DNA of 64,000 bases from a virus. Below, piece after piece: positions 46,739-56,270 of the stretch. The stretch spans positions 6,285 through 70,284 of the IMG/VR virus record IMGVR_UViG_3300033153_006331; one strand, written 5' to 3'. Numbering within the stretch: position 1 is the stretch's first letter; every line of letters starts with the position of its first letter. Under the pieces are notes generated by a model. That model made no database searches. It saw only the letters and a list, made by a program, of their open reading frames with translations, and was not told where the DNA came from. Made by a program: the position numbers and the translations under genes.

Positions 46739-46750
46739 CATTATACCACA
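46739..46750 (-). promoter_or_regulatory. Extended -10 promoter TGTGGTATAATG upstream of arrays 6-7
   Basis: Identical to 13101-13112. Confidence 0.7.
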
Positions 46751-46756
46751 CCACTC

Positions 46757-46993
46757 TCACGCCAGAGCCTCCAAACTCTGCCCTTGCAATCGTCGGTCCT
46801 TTGCCCGAGCCAGAATCTCGGCCAAAAGCTCCCGCCAATCAGCCGGCTCTTTGCTGTCACGGTACACCAAAATCCTGGCACAGAACGGGCACTTGACCCA
46901 GCCTGTAGCCTTGTCCGGCACATAGAGAAATTTCTTGCGGCACAGTCCGCAATGAAACCTCCCGGCTTGCTCTTGATTGGAATCCATCATCAT
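46757..46993 (-). CDS. Small zinc-ribbon protein
   Basis: CGLC...CPFC; C-terminus LAEILARAKDRRLQ resembles the TerS C-terminus. Confidence 0.5.
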   Translation of the reverse strand: MMMDSNQEQAGRFHCGLCRKKFLYVPDKATGWVKCPFCARILVYRDSKEPADWRELLAEILARAKDRRLQGQSLEALA

Positions 46994-46994
46994 G

Positions 46995-47606
46995 CTACAC
47001 CACGTCCTCACTGGGCCCCTCCAAAGCCTCTCTCTGAAGCCGCCTATCCTTCACCCGCTGGAGAATCTCGGCGAGAATCGTCGCGGTCAGCTCTTCTGGC
47101 TTCAGTCCAGCCACCCGCACGCCAACCTCGTGCCGATGCTCGTGTCTGTCAACCAACAGCCCACCCAACTTGGCCCGCATTTCAATAGACCACTTCACAA
47201 AGTCAAGCCAGTTCCCCTCGCCTGTCCGCCACTTCGTAACCTTCGTCACCAACTCGGCCGGCACGCCTTCCTTACTGAGCACCTCGCGGACAGTCTTGAT
47301 TCTCTCGGGGCCCTGAGATTCCAGGAACTTCTCCCAGGATATCCGCTCGACCAAATCTATCTTGCGGAGTTCACGGCGGAGAGAAACGCCACCCTGGGCC
47401 GCCCATTGGGGCTCGATCCGGTTTTTGACATGATGGCGGATCGCTTCGCCAGAGAACCCGAGCCGGCGGCCAATCTCTCGGATCGACACCCCCATGAGGT
47501 GCCATTCTTCAATCTGCCGAAGGTCCTTCGGAGAGATACTCTTCCCAGACTTCGGATTCCCCGGCCTCAACTTCCCCTCGCCATTATTACCAGCTCCACT
47601 TGTCAT
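46995..47606 (-). CDS. Terminase small subunit (HTH)
   Basis: GVSIREIGRRLGFSGEAIRHHV HTH; EMRAKLGGLLVDRHEH; upstream of terL. Confidence 0.65.
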   Translation of the reverse strand: MTSGAGNNGEGKLRPGNPKSGKSISPKDLRQIEEWHLMGVSIREIGRRLGFSGEAIRHHVKNRIEPQWAAQGGVSLRRELRKIDLVERISWEKFLESQGPERIKTVREVLSKEGVPAELVTKVTKWRTGEGNWLDFVKWSIEMRAKLGGLLVDRHEHRHEVGVRVAGLKPEELTATILAEILQRVKDRRLQREALEGPSEDVV

Positions 47607-47609
47607 AAA

Positions 47610-48590
47610 TCACCCCTCGGAACTGGTAAACGCCTCCGGGCTCTGCTTGAATCGCCGGACAACCGACTGGACCTTTCGGTGGGTAACGGCAAGCTGCGGC
47701 GTCGAAAGGAGTTCAGCGATCTCTTTTGAGTCTATCCCCTGTTGGTGCGCCTGTACGATTTCCTGCTCCAAAGTCAATTCGGCCGTTTTGGCGAGCGGTC
47801 CCGGCATGGCCCGCTCCACCTCGTCCGGTATCCCCGGCTCGTGGGGGGCTCGTGCCGTATGGGGATCGGCGTAGTTTTCGTCCGGCCGCGGCAGTTTCAG
47901 CCGGTCGCATTCGGCGTACACCTCGTCAACGGTCTTGCCGTGCATGGCCGCTATCTGGGAGGCCGATACCCCTTGCTCGACAAGCTCGGGGATTCCTTCC
48001 GGTGCCACTGGCGGCGTAAGCTTTTCGGCCTGGAGGCGGCGGATCAACGCCGTATGCTCGGCCACCTTCCGCTCACGGGCTGCGAATTCCTGCTGCCCGG
48101 GGGACACGAAATCCTTGCCGGTGTGGGTGCCGGGAGCTTTCCGCTCTTCGGCCAGCTTCCGCATGTCCGGCTTCGCAAGAGTGCCAAACCCGTAGATTGC
48201 ACAGATTTGGGCGTCGCCCACCTTCTGGCGTTCGAGTTCCGTTATCGGCTCCAGCGGCGGGGGGCCAGCAGTATCGGCCGCCACCAACTTCGCGTCCCGG
48301 ACCGCCTCTAACGCCGCCCAGAATGCGTTGCTCTCCGGATACTGTTCGCCGGACAGAGCCCCGCCGGCCTTCCACGTTTCCCACTGTTCGCCGAACACCT
48401 TCACCCGTTCGAACAGAGTTCGGCATTCTGCCGGAATAGCCCCATCCTCAAAGATGGCCAAAAGGCTGTCGGCGGCCTCCTCGAACGACTGGGGAAGGGG
48501 TTCGAACTCTGATTGAATCCATTGGTCGTGTACGTCCAGCAGGTGGTCAACGAAAAGCAGCAAATTCTTCCGACGTTCGTCGTTGTCCAT
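47610..48590 (-). CDS. Multi-HTH hypothetical protein
   Basis: Three GV/ID-xxQIA-type HTH-like repeats. Confidence 0.55.
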   Translation of the reverse strand: MDNDERRKNLLLFVDHLLDVHDQWIQSEFEPLPQSFEEAADSLLAIFEDGAIPAECRTLFERVKVFGEQWETWKAGGALSGEQYPESNAFWAALEAVRDAKLVAADTAGPPPLEPITELERQKVGDAQICAIYGFGTLAKPDMRKLAEERKAPGTHTGKDFVSPGQQEFAARERKVAEHTALIRRLQAEKLTPPVAPEGIPELVEQGVSASQIAAMHGKTVDEVYAECDRLKLPRPDENYADPHTARAPHEPGIPDEVERAMPGPLAKTAELTLEQEIVQAHQQGIDSKEIAELLSTPQLAVTHRKVQSVVRRFKQSPEAFTSSEG

Positions 48591-48624
48591 GAAACATTCC
48601 TCCGCACCCCCCTGATGCCGTTCA

Positions 48625-48945
48625 CTATCTTACCCCACGATACTGGCTAACGCAACGGATCTTCCGGAAGTCGGTCCGGGCGGACTCGATCGTCACCTCA
48701 AGGTCGTACTCGGTTCCAGGCAGCCCCAGGCTGACCGTTTCAGCGATCAACCCCTCGTACCGTCCATTACTGCCAGGCACGTAGGTCATTGATATGGCCA
48801 CGGCCCCGCTCACCTCGGCGCCGGCGAAATCCTTCAGCGTGAATGTCACCGTCGCAGCGTCAACGTAGCTGTCATCCGTCGGATTCTGAAGCTCATCCAG
48901 CCGAACGATCGTGTCTGAATTGATGTAGATTGGTAGCATGGTCAC
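48625..48945 (-). CDS. Ig-like (BppU-like) virion protein
   Basis: AATVTFTLKD...GRYEG...YDLEVT. Confidence 0.5.
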   Translation of the reverse strand: MTMLPIYINSDTIVRLDELQNPTDDSYVDAATVTFTLKDFAGAEVSGAVAISMTYVPGSNGRYEGLIAETVSLGLPGTEYDLEVTIESARTDFRKIRCVSQYRGVR

Positions 48946-50828
48946 ACCGCCAATATGGTTCCGGAGTACGGGCCGATGGAACTGATTTCCCCGTCCAGGG
49001 CCCCGATCGAAACGAGAACACCAGCGGATGATCCCAGCGTGCCGATCGTGCCAACAGCCACACCATAGCGTTCCGAGGATGACGACAATGAGGAGCCTGA
49101 CTCGCCCGTCGAACTGGACGAGGACGAGGAAAGGGTTGACAGGCTCGACGGCGACGTAGACGACGACGAGAGCGACGAGCGGCTTGTCGATGGGCTCGAC
49201 GACGTTGACATAGACGAGATGCTGATCGACGAACTTGACGACGACGACACAGACGGCGAGCTTGACGACGAGCTGCTTGACGTGCTCATCAGCGTGCTGG
49301 AAGAACTCGACGAACTGCTGGGCGTTGACGACGAGGACGAGGAGGCCGTTGACCTGCTTGACGATGACGCGGTGCTGAGCAACGTCGAACTTGACGATGA
49401 TGCGGTGCTCAATAACGTCGAACTACTTGACGAACTGTGTACCGTAGAACTTGATGAGGAACGAGTAATCGAGGATACGCTGGTCGATGACCCCGACGTA
49501 GACGAGGGGGAGGATACGCTAGTTGACGAACTCGATGATGATGTGATTCCCAAGCTGCTTGACGACGAAGTAGACGGCTCTTCGCCAGATATGCCCAGGC
49601 TAGTTGAGGAACTGGAAGAGGACGTAATCCCGAGCGAACTGGACGAGCTTGACGATGAAGTTATGCCAAGACTGGACGAAGAACTTGAAGAGGACGACGT
49701 GAGGCCCAGGCTGCTTGACGAACTCGATGATGACGTAATCCCCAAGCTGCTTGAACTCGAGGAACTTGATGTAATCCCAAGCGAACTTGAACTCGAGGAC
49801 GAGGTAAGGCCGAGGCTACTCGACGAACTCGACGATGAAGTTATGTCAAGACTAGACGAAGAGCTTGAAGATGATGTAATTCCCAATGAGCTTGAGGATG
49901 AACTGGACGACGTAATCCCTAAACTGCTAGACGAACTTGACGATGACGTTATGCCAAGCGAACTGGAGGAGGAAGAACTTGAAAGCGATTCGCCGGAGAA
50001 CCCCAAGCTGCTCGACGAACTTGATGATGACGTCAGCCCCAGGCTGCTCGACGAACTCGATGATGACGACTCCTCCTCCGCCACTCCCGCCGCGAACACC
50101 CGCCCCCTCAGCCTGAACAAGGCGTGGGGATCGACGTAGAGTTGCTGGATTTCGTTGGGGGCAAGGGCTCGCGAATACAAGAAATACGATCCTATCCTCC
50201 CTGCATATTCTACCGCCCCATGCTGCCAGGGCTGCCCGATCTCTAACCCGGCAGACGGTGTCATGTCCCCGTGCGTGATGACGCCCGTTTTTTCCAACCT
50301 GCCTTGGACATAACCGCTCAGCGTACTGCCTTGTTTCGTCCAAACCAGACAATCCCACTTGCCTGCCCCACTTACAGGCACCTGGCTGTTTGCTGCGTCA
50401 CCGTTGATCGGATATAGGCCGCCATAGACGTTATAGAAACCATTTTGGAAACCTATAACCACAGCAAATTCATCTTTGCCACCAAAATCACTTATATAGC
50501 CTATATCAGTTGTACTGTTCGGTGCCAGCCATATTACAATAGACAAATCACCCGGCAATGCTGGAGTTGACATTCCCGAGACATAATCAAGTGTCCCATC
50601 AAAATCCAACGCCCAACCTTTTTCACTCATCACCCAATCTGTAGCTGGGTCCATGTTGGTCAGCGTGCCATGATTCCCGAACCCGGACTGATCCCGCAAC
50701 GTCGCCCCGGTAACGCCCAGCGTCGGAGCCCACGCACCCACGAGCCCGTTCCACAATCCGGGATTAGCGGACTCGGCCGCGTTGCGGGCAAATCCCTGCG
50801 CGTAGGATGGGAGCCAGAGGCTACTCAT
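48942..50828 (-). CDS. LamG/concanavalin A-like domain protein with about 330-aa Ser-rich repeat region
   Basis: GLVGAW...LRDQSGFGNHGTLTNM...ALDFDG...LYSRALAPNEIQQLY, then repeated S(7-9)LG(I/L)T units. Confidence 0.85.
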   Translation of the reverse strand: MSSLWLPSYAQGFARNAAESANPGLWNGLVGAWAPTLGVTGATLRDQSGFGNHGTLTNMDPATDWVMSEKGWALDFDGTLDYVSGMSTPALPGDLSIVIWLAPNSTTDIGYISDFGGKDEFAVVIGFQNGFYNVYGGLYPINGDAANSQVPVSGAGKWDCLVWTKQGSTLSGYVQGRLEKTGVITHGDMTPSAGLEIGQPWQHGAVEYAGRIGSYFLYSRALAPNEIQQLYVDPHALFRLRGRVFAAGVAEEESSSSSSSSSLGLTSSSSSSSSLGFSGESLSSSSSSSSLGITSSSSSSSSLGITSSSSSSSSLGITSSSSSSSSLDITSSSSSSSSLGLTSSSSSSSLGITSSSSSSSSLGITSSSSSSSSLGLTSSSSSSSSSLGITSSSSSSSSLGITSSSSSSTSLGISGEEPSTSSSSSLGITSSSSSSTSVSSPSSTSGSSTSVSSITRSSSSSTVHSSSSSSTLLSTASSSSSTLLSTASSSSRSTASSSSSSTPSSSSSSSSTLMSTSSSSSSSSPSVSSSSSSSISISSMSTSSSPSTSRSSLSSSSTSPSSLSTLSSSSSSSTGESGSSLSSSSERYGVAVGTIGTLGSSAGVLVSIGALDGEISSIGPYSGTILAV

Positions 50829-51421
50829 TATTGTGACTCGGGTACTATCGGCTGGAGGACTTGGTGCATTTCAACGTCATCGTCCTCAAAGGCTGAATCG
50901 CAATTGTTCACGACTATCAACTGGCCGTAACGAGTAGTTGCGCGCAATACACCCACCGGACCGCACTGCACCGCCGCTCCGTCGTGAAGTACGAGCGGAC
51001 CAATAAAGACACATTGTTTCAAGAACTCGGCGAGAGTAATGCCACCAAGGGCACCGTCCGGCGCGTCAGCATCCACACCAGAATTGCCGGCAACATTACT
51101 ATTGGCGGCCGTCCCGTTGGTTGACGGCGCCCAATAATAATCCACCCTGCCTGGCGTAGTGATTGTCTCACCCGTGAAGTCCACCACGCCTACCAGCAGA
51201 TATTCCTCGGCCCTGAGCGCCCCAAGATCGACCTTATCACTTTGTCGACCAGCGGCAGCGGCAACCCCAGCCAGCGTCAGCACCACGTCACAAGTATCGG
51301 TGCCGATGTCGTCCGTGAAATTCGTACCATCATCCGCTGGATTAAGGGAAGCATCTACCCCAAACACAATAGGGGAAAGCGAACTACCGGCAGCATCTTG
51401 TATGAGAAGTTCCGCAGCCAT
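50828..51421 (-). CDS. Putative virion protein
   Basis: 197 aa, beta-rich, upstream of the LamG gene. Confidence 0.55.
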   Translation of the reverse strand: MAAELLIQDAAGSSLSPIVFGVDASLNPADDGTNFTDDIGTDTCDVVLTLAGVAAAAGRQSDKVDLGALRAEEYLLVGVVDFTGETITTPGRVDYYWAPSTNGTAANSNVAGNSGVDADAPDGALGGITLAEFLKQCVFIGPLVLHDGAAVQCGPVGVLRATTRYGQLIVVNNCDSAFEDDDVEMHQVLQPIVPESQ

Positions 51422-51813
51422 TATCTTCTAGCCTCCTCTACGTGACCGGCCCTGACGATCCCCAGCCCCAACTCGACCGCTCGGCTCACAGCCTCTTTAC
51501 GTGCAGCTTGCAGCGCAGTAATGGAGGCCGACGGGACACCGAATATCGCAATGAATATGTCGGCCTCGACGCCGAACGGATTGACCTCGCCAAGGTGACA
51601 GACTTGCCAGACCTTGGCCTTGTCGCCGTCGGAGAGGGCGAGATATTCCGTCTTGTCGAGGGCGTTGATGATCTCACTGCCCGTCATGCTGGCTTTGTTT
51701 TTGGTGCGGTTCACTGCGTTTAGTTGTGCCGCCGCCACCACATCGTCGGCGTCATAGGCTCCCGTGTCGGGGTGGCCTGTCGCCAACTCGGCTTTCAATG
51801 CGTCTATGTCCAC
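51421..51813 (-). CDS. Hypothetical phage protein
   Basis: LKAEL...AAQLNA...VSRAVELGLG. Confidence 0.6.
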   Translation of the reverse strand: MDIDALKAELATGHPDTGAYDADDVVAAAQLNAVNRTKNKASMTGSEIINALDKTEYLALSDGDKAKVWQVCHLGEVNPFGVEADIFIAIFGVPSASITALQAARKEAVSRAVELGLGIVRAGHVEEARR

Positions 51814-51852
51814 CCTATCCTCCCGCCGCCCGAGGGCGGATCAGTTGTTGTG

Positions 51853-52752
51853 TCACTCGCCACCACGGGGTTGCTTCCCATAAACCCCGAATATGTCTCT
51901 CTTGGAAACATCCCACCATTCAGCAGTGTAGTCGAAGGATGTCCCAGGTCCGTTGTCTCGACTAGCCCCGCCCCACCACAGCACGCCGTCGGCCAACTCG
52001 AGAATCAGTTGGTTGTATTTCAGCCATGTGTAGCCGCTCAATCGTCTGGCTACTTGGGCCTCGTGTGTGTCTGGAAGTGGGTGTGACTGCCAGAGATCGT
52101 AGTATTCACACCAAGGCATCCCGATCACCGTGACTCCGGGGTAGAACCGCCGACAAGAATCAAGTGTCGTTTCGATCCATTTCAGCCTTTGGTCAAACGT
52201 GTTGAATAGAGGCGGCAGATTCAAGCGGTCATAGAAATATGGCAACAGAAAATCCACTTCCTTCGCCAACGAATGGCAAGCAACGAGGATCTGCTCCCTT
52301 CTGCCCTCCAAACCTGGGTTGCAGATGAAATCGATGCCGGCAAAAGGCACTTGACCGTAGAAACCGAACTTTACATCGGGCCGCTCGCTCTTGGCCACAC
52401 CCAGAACGTCGTGAAACCAGTCAAGCTCTTCTTGCTGGAAGATGTACCACGGAGACTCTGGCAATGGCTGACAGATACGATGTGTACTACCCTCGATATT
52501 CAGCCAGCAGCGTGAGTTTTTCGGAATCGCTCCAGTGTTGTCACCCCGGGCCAAGATTCGCCGAAACTTGTTTTCGTCTATCGGCCCGGTAGAGTCGTAG
52601 CCGCCAGACCCGTTTGACGGGAAGATCGAGTTGTGAAACAACGCCGGCATCCGGGTAGACCCATAAGGTTTCAGCAGCTTGTCACAGAAAGCGTGCGGAG
52701 TCTGGCTGCCTTCCGGGTCCGAAAACAGGAAGTAGTGGTAGAAGCGTTTCAT
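51853..52752 (-). CDS. Putative TIM-barrel glycoside hydrolase-like protein
   Basis: WLNIEG, RPDVKFGFYG, VDFLLPYFY, ADGVLWWG recall hyaluronidase (GH56)-like patterns. Confidence 0.45.
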   Translation of the reverse strand: MKRFYHYFLFSDPEGSQTPHAFCDKLLKPYGSTRMPALFHNSIFPSNGSGGYDSTGPIDENKFRRILARGDNTGAIPKNSRCWLNIEGSTHRICQPLPESPWYIFQQEELDWFHDVLGVAKSERPDVKFGFYGQVPFAGIDFICNPGLEGRREQILVACHSLAKEVDFLLPYFYDRLNLPPLFNTFDQRLKWIETTLDSCRRFYPGVTVIGMPWCEYYDLWQSHPLPDTHEAQVARRLSGYTWLKYNQLILELADGVLWWGGASRDNGPGTSFDYTAEWWDVSKRDIFGVYGKQPRGGE

Positions 52753-52763
52753 TATGGGGATCG

Positions 52764-54281
52764 TTAGTTAAAGTCTTTTACGGTTTCCCAGCCGGCTCCT
52801 GTATACATCATCAGCGAACCGTCGCCACCACCCGCGTCCGTATCGTAAAACAAGGCACCCTTCGTGGCTGGAGTAGGACTCGTGCCCTGCGGAATGATTA
52901 GTCCCGTCGGAATAGTCGTGTTCCCGCTGGCATCTATTTCGAGACCGTTGTTAGTGCCGAGCGCACTAGGAGCAATCGCAAACACGCTTGCCGATGCGTC
53001 CCAACCCATCGTCGTTTTAGTGGCCGGCGTGGCACCGTGCTGGAAATGGAACCTTGGGTCAAAACCGGCTGTAGTTGTGTCTGAACGGCTGACAAGGCTT
53101 ACGGTAGCACCACCCGTGTCATCAACTCTGAGCCGCGAATTCCTGGCAGTAACGAAGACGGCTCCACTCGTTTCTTTATACCCGTACAAGTCCCCGTCGT
53201 CACCGGCAGCCCAGTGGAGCTTGCCTCGACCGATGCGGTGGAGGTCTGTTGCCTCGTCATCGAAGGCTGAATAGAACACATCAAAATAATTGTAGCCCGG
53301 TCGTTTTACGATAGCCGTTTGATAAGGCACTTCGTCCCAACCATCACCACCACCAGTGTAAACCGGCACTCCATTCACATCCCAGCTTTTCCCATCATAC
53401 GACCGAGCAAATAGCAATGCGGTCGAAGTAGGTTTCCAAATACCGTAAAAGGCATCGCCGTCCCAAATCATGTGGACGTGAAATATCGTCTCCCCGGCGT
53501 CCGTCGTGATCGCACAAGCAGTCCCTCCGCCCCACTCGCCAGCAGGATATTTCGAGGTCCGCCAACTCACGACGCCGCCGGTAACGGTCCACATCATGTA
53601 CGTGCCACCGACGTTTCGGACAATCGGAGATCGCAGAGTTCCTACCGTGGTTCCGCCCGCGTCCAGCACGGTCACGGGGGCCGTCCAGGTCACCCCGTCG
53701 GTAGACGTGGACATAAGGATTCGGTCGCCGTCCCCAGCCGCGATAGCCACTCTCCAATAGCAGTACATCCGCCCATCCTCGTACATCAAACATGGGTCGG
53801 AATTGAAATATGAACCACCCGGCGCAGCGCCTATCGGGTTCAGCAACCCCTGCGGGGCGGCCCACGTATCTCCGTCATCAGAACACAGCACAGTGGGGTT
53901 TTCGTAAATAGTGTCAGACGCCAGGAACGGCGTGAACACCATCCACCACCGCTTGCCGGCGTTGATACCGGTTGCCGGCCAGCCGCCCGGGATGTAAACC
54001 ACGTCGGGGTGCAGCCCGTCACCGGCAGTGTCCCCAGTCACGTTTGTCGGGGTGGTCAACGGCGAACTCGCCCGCTCGAATGTAAATGGCGTCTCCTTAT
54101 TGTCCGCCGTCACCACCGGAATGTAGCTCTGCCTGTGGTGAGGGTAAACAAGAGGCCGCCACTCCGTATCCATCTGACGGACCAAGAACTGCGTGTGGGC
54201 ATAATCCTGCGGCGACGCCGCGATCAACACCACGGATGCCAGGCCAACCAGCAAGGCGCACAAAAGCGATACCTTTTTCAT
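52764..54281 (-). CDS. Beta-propeller glycosidase-like protein with signal-like N-terminus and tail-fibre-like C-terminus
   Basis: LHPDV, WWMVFTP, YENP, NSDP and Asp-box-like SDDGDTW, STDGVTW, SYDGKSW. Confidence 0.65.
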   Translation of the reverse strand: MKKVSLLCALLVGLASVVLIAASPQDYAHTQFLVRQMDTEWRPLVYPHHRQSYIPVVTADNKETPFTFERASSPLTTPTNVTGDTAGDGLHPDVVYIPGGWPATGINAGKRWWMVFTPFLASDTIYENPTVLCSDDGDTWAAPQGLLNPIGAAPGGSYFNSDPCLMYEDGRMYCYWRVAIAAGDGDRILMSTSTDGVTWTAPVTVLDAGGTTVGTLRSPIVRNVGGTYMMWTVTGGVVSWRTSKYPAGEWGGGTACAITTDAGETIFHVHMIWDGDAFYGIWKPTSTALLFARSYDGKSWDVNGVPVYTGGGDGWDEVPYQTAIVKRPGYNYFDVFYSAFDDEATDLHRIGRGKLHWAAGDDGDLYGYKETSGAVFVTARNSRLRVDDTGGATVSLVSRSDTTTAGFDPRFHFQHGATPATKTTMGWDASASVFAIAPSALGTNNGLEIDASGNTTIPTGLIIPQGTSPTPATKGALFYDTDAGGGDGSLMMYTGAGWETVKDFN

Positions 54282-54303
54282 CCGACTCTCCTCCATTCTG
54301 CGT

Positions 54304-54588
54304 TTAGCCGCGACCGTAAAGAACGTAAATCCCGGCGCCAGATTCACCCTCCACGAATCGAAGGTCGCCGAGCTTCTTGCCCACGAAATCATGCCAGTTG
54401 CCGTCATAAATCAGCCCGCCAGCCGCAGAGCCAGGATCGGCGTCCAACCCGAATCGCACATTCCCGCCCTGGGCCTGAACCTGTGCAGTCTCAGCACGAT
54501 CTGGGATCGTCAAGCTCTGCACGGCGCTCAGGTCTGGTATCCGCTGCTCGCCAACCAAGGTCGACGATTGCTGTCTGTATTGTTCCAC
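54304..54588 (-). CDS. Small beta-rich virion-like protein (paralog of 55638-56066)
   Basis: VQAQGGNVRF..D..P....G. Confidence 0.55.
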   Translation of the reverse strand: MEQYRQQSSTLVGEQRIPDLSAVQSLTIPDRAETAQVQAQGGNVRFGLDADPGSAAGGLIYDGNWHDFVGKKLGDLRFVEGESGAGIYVLYGRG

Positions 54589-54627
54589 GATTGTTCTCCC
54601 TTCAATGTTCTAGCGTTCGTTTTGTAA

Positions 54628-54951
54628 TCATCCCAAGATATGGCCCACGATGGCAACAACCACACCGGAGACCAAGGAAGCGGACGCCACTACGGCGACT
54701 GTAAACCATTTGGAACTGGCGGTCTGAAGGGTCTCCAACGTGTTGACCCGTTTGTCGATAGACGGGCGACCGTTCCCCATCACCATGCGGCGACAGCTCC
54801 GGCACAGAGCCACTTCTGTCGCCAACATCTCGCTTGCGGCGTTCACGGAGTCTGCCAGCTTAGACCATTCTTTGCCCCATTTTTCATCGAGCCGATCTAT
54901 CCGATCGTGTATCCGATTCACGTCCTCAGTAGTCACCTTGCTGCTCCTCAC
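54628..54951 (-). CDS. Coiled-coil protein with C-terminal transmembrane helix (holin/lysis-associated candidate)
   Basis: WFTVAVVASASLVSGVVVAIVGHILG. Confidence 0.45.
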   Translation of the reverse strand: MRSSKVTTEDVNRIHDRIDRLDEKWGKEWSKLADSVNAASEMLATEVALCRSCRRMVMGNGRPSIDKRVNTLETLQTASSKWFTVAVVASASLVSGVVVAIVGHILG

Positions 54952-55641
54952 TTACCTGTTTTGGTGCTCGTACCACGAGAGATTGATTACATGAGTATTC
55001 ACACTGGCCCCGACGTTCTGGAGAATGAACAAATAGCTCGTGTCTTGCTTAAGCACCCATTCCTGGGAGCCGCGACTCGTTCCACCGACCTGCCGAGGGC
55101 CACTACCGGCCGACAAGAGCACGTACTCGACCAACGTGCCGCCAGAATAGTCCAGCCCAACGGCCTCGGTTTCGTCGTATGTGGTCACCTTTGCAACCTC
55201 GGGGGTCGCGTCCTGGTTTAGGACCGTGCTGGTCGTGGCACTATTGCGATTTCGGTTGTAGATCGCTTGATCGGTGCCCTCGCCCGCGGTAAAGGTCGGA
55301 GCCTCATAGATTAAGAATTCCGCCGCCTCGACCGCCGTTATGGTGATGATTACATGGACCCACCTTGCTGTGTCCGGGGTGGTCAGCCCAATGATCGTCC
55401 GATCATCGTCGGAGTTGGCAGTCGTCTCGGAATAGTCAACCGTAAAAGACGCGCCACTATGAATCTCGTGATGCTCATACTCTATAATCCGGAGAGCATT
55501 TGTGGTTCCGTCGATCTCCGCCTTGCTCCCCCGGCCGCTATACCCAACCGGGTAGACTGCCGACGCGACAGTCAAGCACACTACCACGAAAAGTGCAAGC
55601 AACGGGAACGCGGCAAAGCGTCTCATGGCGCCACCTGTCAA
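54952..55641 (-). CDS. Putative virion protein with hydrophobic N-terminus
   Basis: IEYEHHEIHSG...NRNRNS...EWVLK...WYEH. Confidence 0.55.
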   Translation of the reverse strand: MTGGAMRRFAAFPLLALFVVVCLTVASAVYPVGYSGRGSKAEIDGTTNALRIIEYEHHEIHSGASFTVDYSETTANSDDDRTIIGLTTPDTARWVHVIITITAVEAAEFLIYEAPTFTAGEGTDQAIYNRNRNSATTSTVLNQDATPEVAKVTTYDETEAVGLDYSGGTLVEYVLLSAGSGPRQVGGTSRGSQEWVLKQDTSYLFILQNVGASVNTHVINLSWYEHQNR

Positions 55642-56066
55642 TAGCCGTAGAAAAGTAGGTTGACCGTCGCGGAAGCCGCCTCCTCGATCACCTGGAGGTC
55701 AGTCAAGTCCGCTCCGTTGTACCAAAGCGTATCTCCCGCGAACACAGCGAAACCAACTGTGGTCGTCGGCGCAACCCCGTCATCGCGAATCCGGATATTC
55801 TGCGATTCGGCCTGGATAAGCACAAGCTCCGCGCCCGACACCGTCGGAAGCGACGTCACTCCGGAAACATCGGTGAGTTGCCGGAACCCGACAGGCCGAA
55901 GTTGCCCGTCAACAGTCTGGGTCGGATAACCCGGGGTTCCCGCAACAACCGGGCCAAGGTGTCCAATAGGCGGAGGAGTGGCCAGCAACGAGCCAATCCA
56001 GGCGAGGCAAATCAGCATTGCGACCCAGACGGCCGGGAGCAGCATTGAACGGAATTTGGCAGCCAC
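55638..56066 (-). CDS. Small beta-rich protein with hydrophobic N-terminus
   Basis: LIQAESQNIRIRDDGVAPTTTVG. Confidence 0.55.
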   Translation of the reverse strand: MAAKFRSMLLPAVWVAMLICLAWIGSLLATPPPIGHLGPVVAGTPGYPTQTVDGQLRPVGFRQLTDVSGVTSLPTVSGAELVLIQAESQNIRIRDDGVAPTTTVGFAVFAGDTLWYNGADLTDLQVIEEAASATVNLLFYGY

Positions 56067-56270
56067 GGCGAGGGCTCCTTGGGGGGGGGCGCATGAAAGT
56101 TCTCATCCCACCAATCTACCTGCCGGCAAGGGATCGGGGCAACGGCAGCGTCGCCAACCCACTATCACCCCAGAACGGGGGGAGGAAGAGAAGAAAGTAT
56201 CATCCGGCCCACACCACCTCCAGGCCGCCAACTCCAGAAAAGAGACTGCCAACCGTCAATTTACGGGCCA

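Noticed and set aside
46469-46741. Arg-rich ORFs across the pentamer arrays (also 12750-13110 and the 5' part of 14194-14952)
   Set aside because: Period-5 structure is not codon-compatible; the translations are by-products of CGA/CGG triplets.
49219-50139. Asp/Glu/Leu-rich + strand ORFs (also 21900-22340, 22649-23611, 24077-24277)
   Set aside because: Antisense shadows of poly-Ser codons in minus-strand genes.
56070-56270. Possible riboswitch or structured leader upstream of the late operon
   Set aside because: GC-rich with short hairpins, but I could not match any known motif by eye; needs Rfam cmscan.
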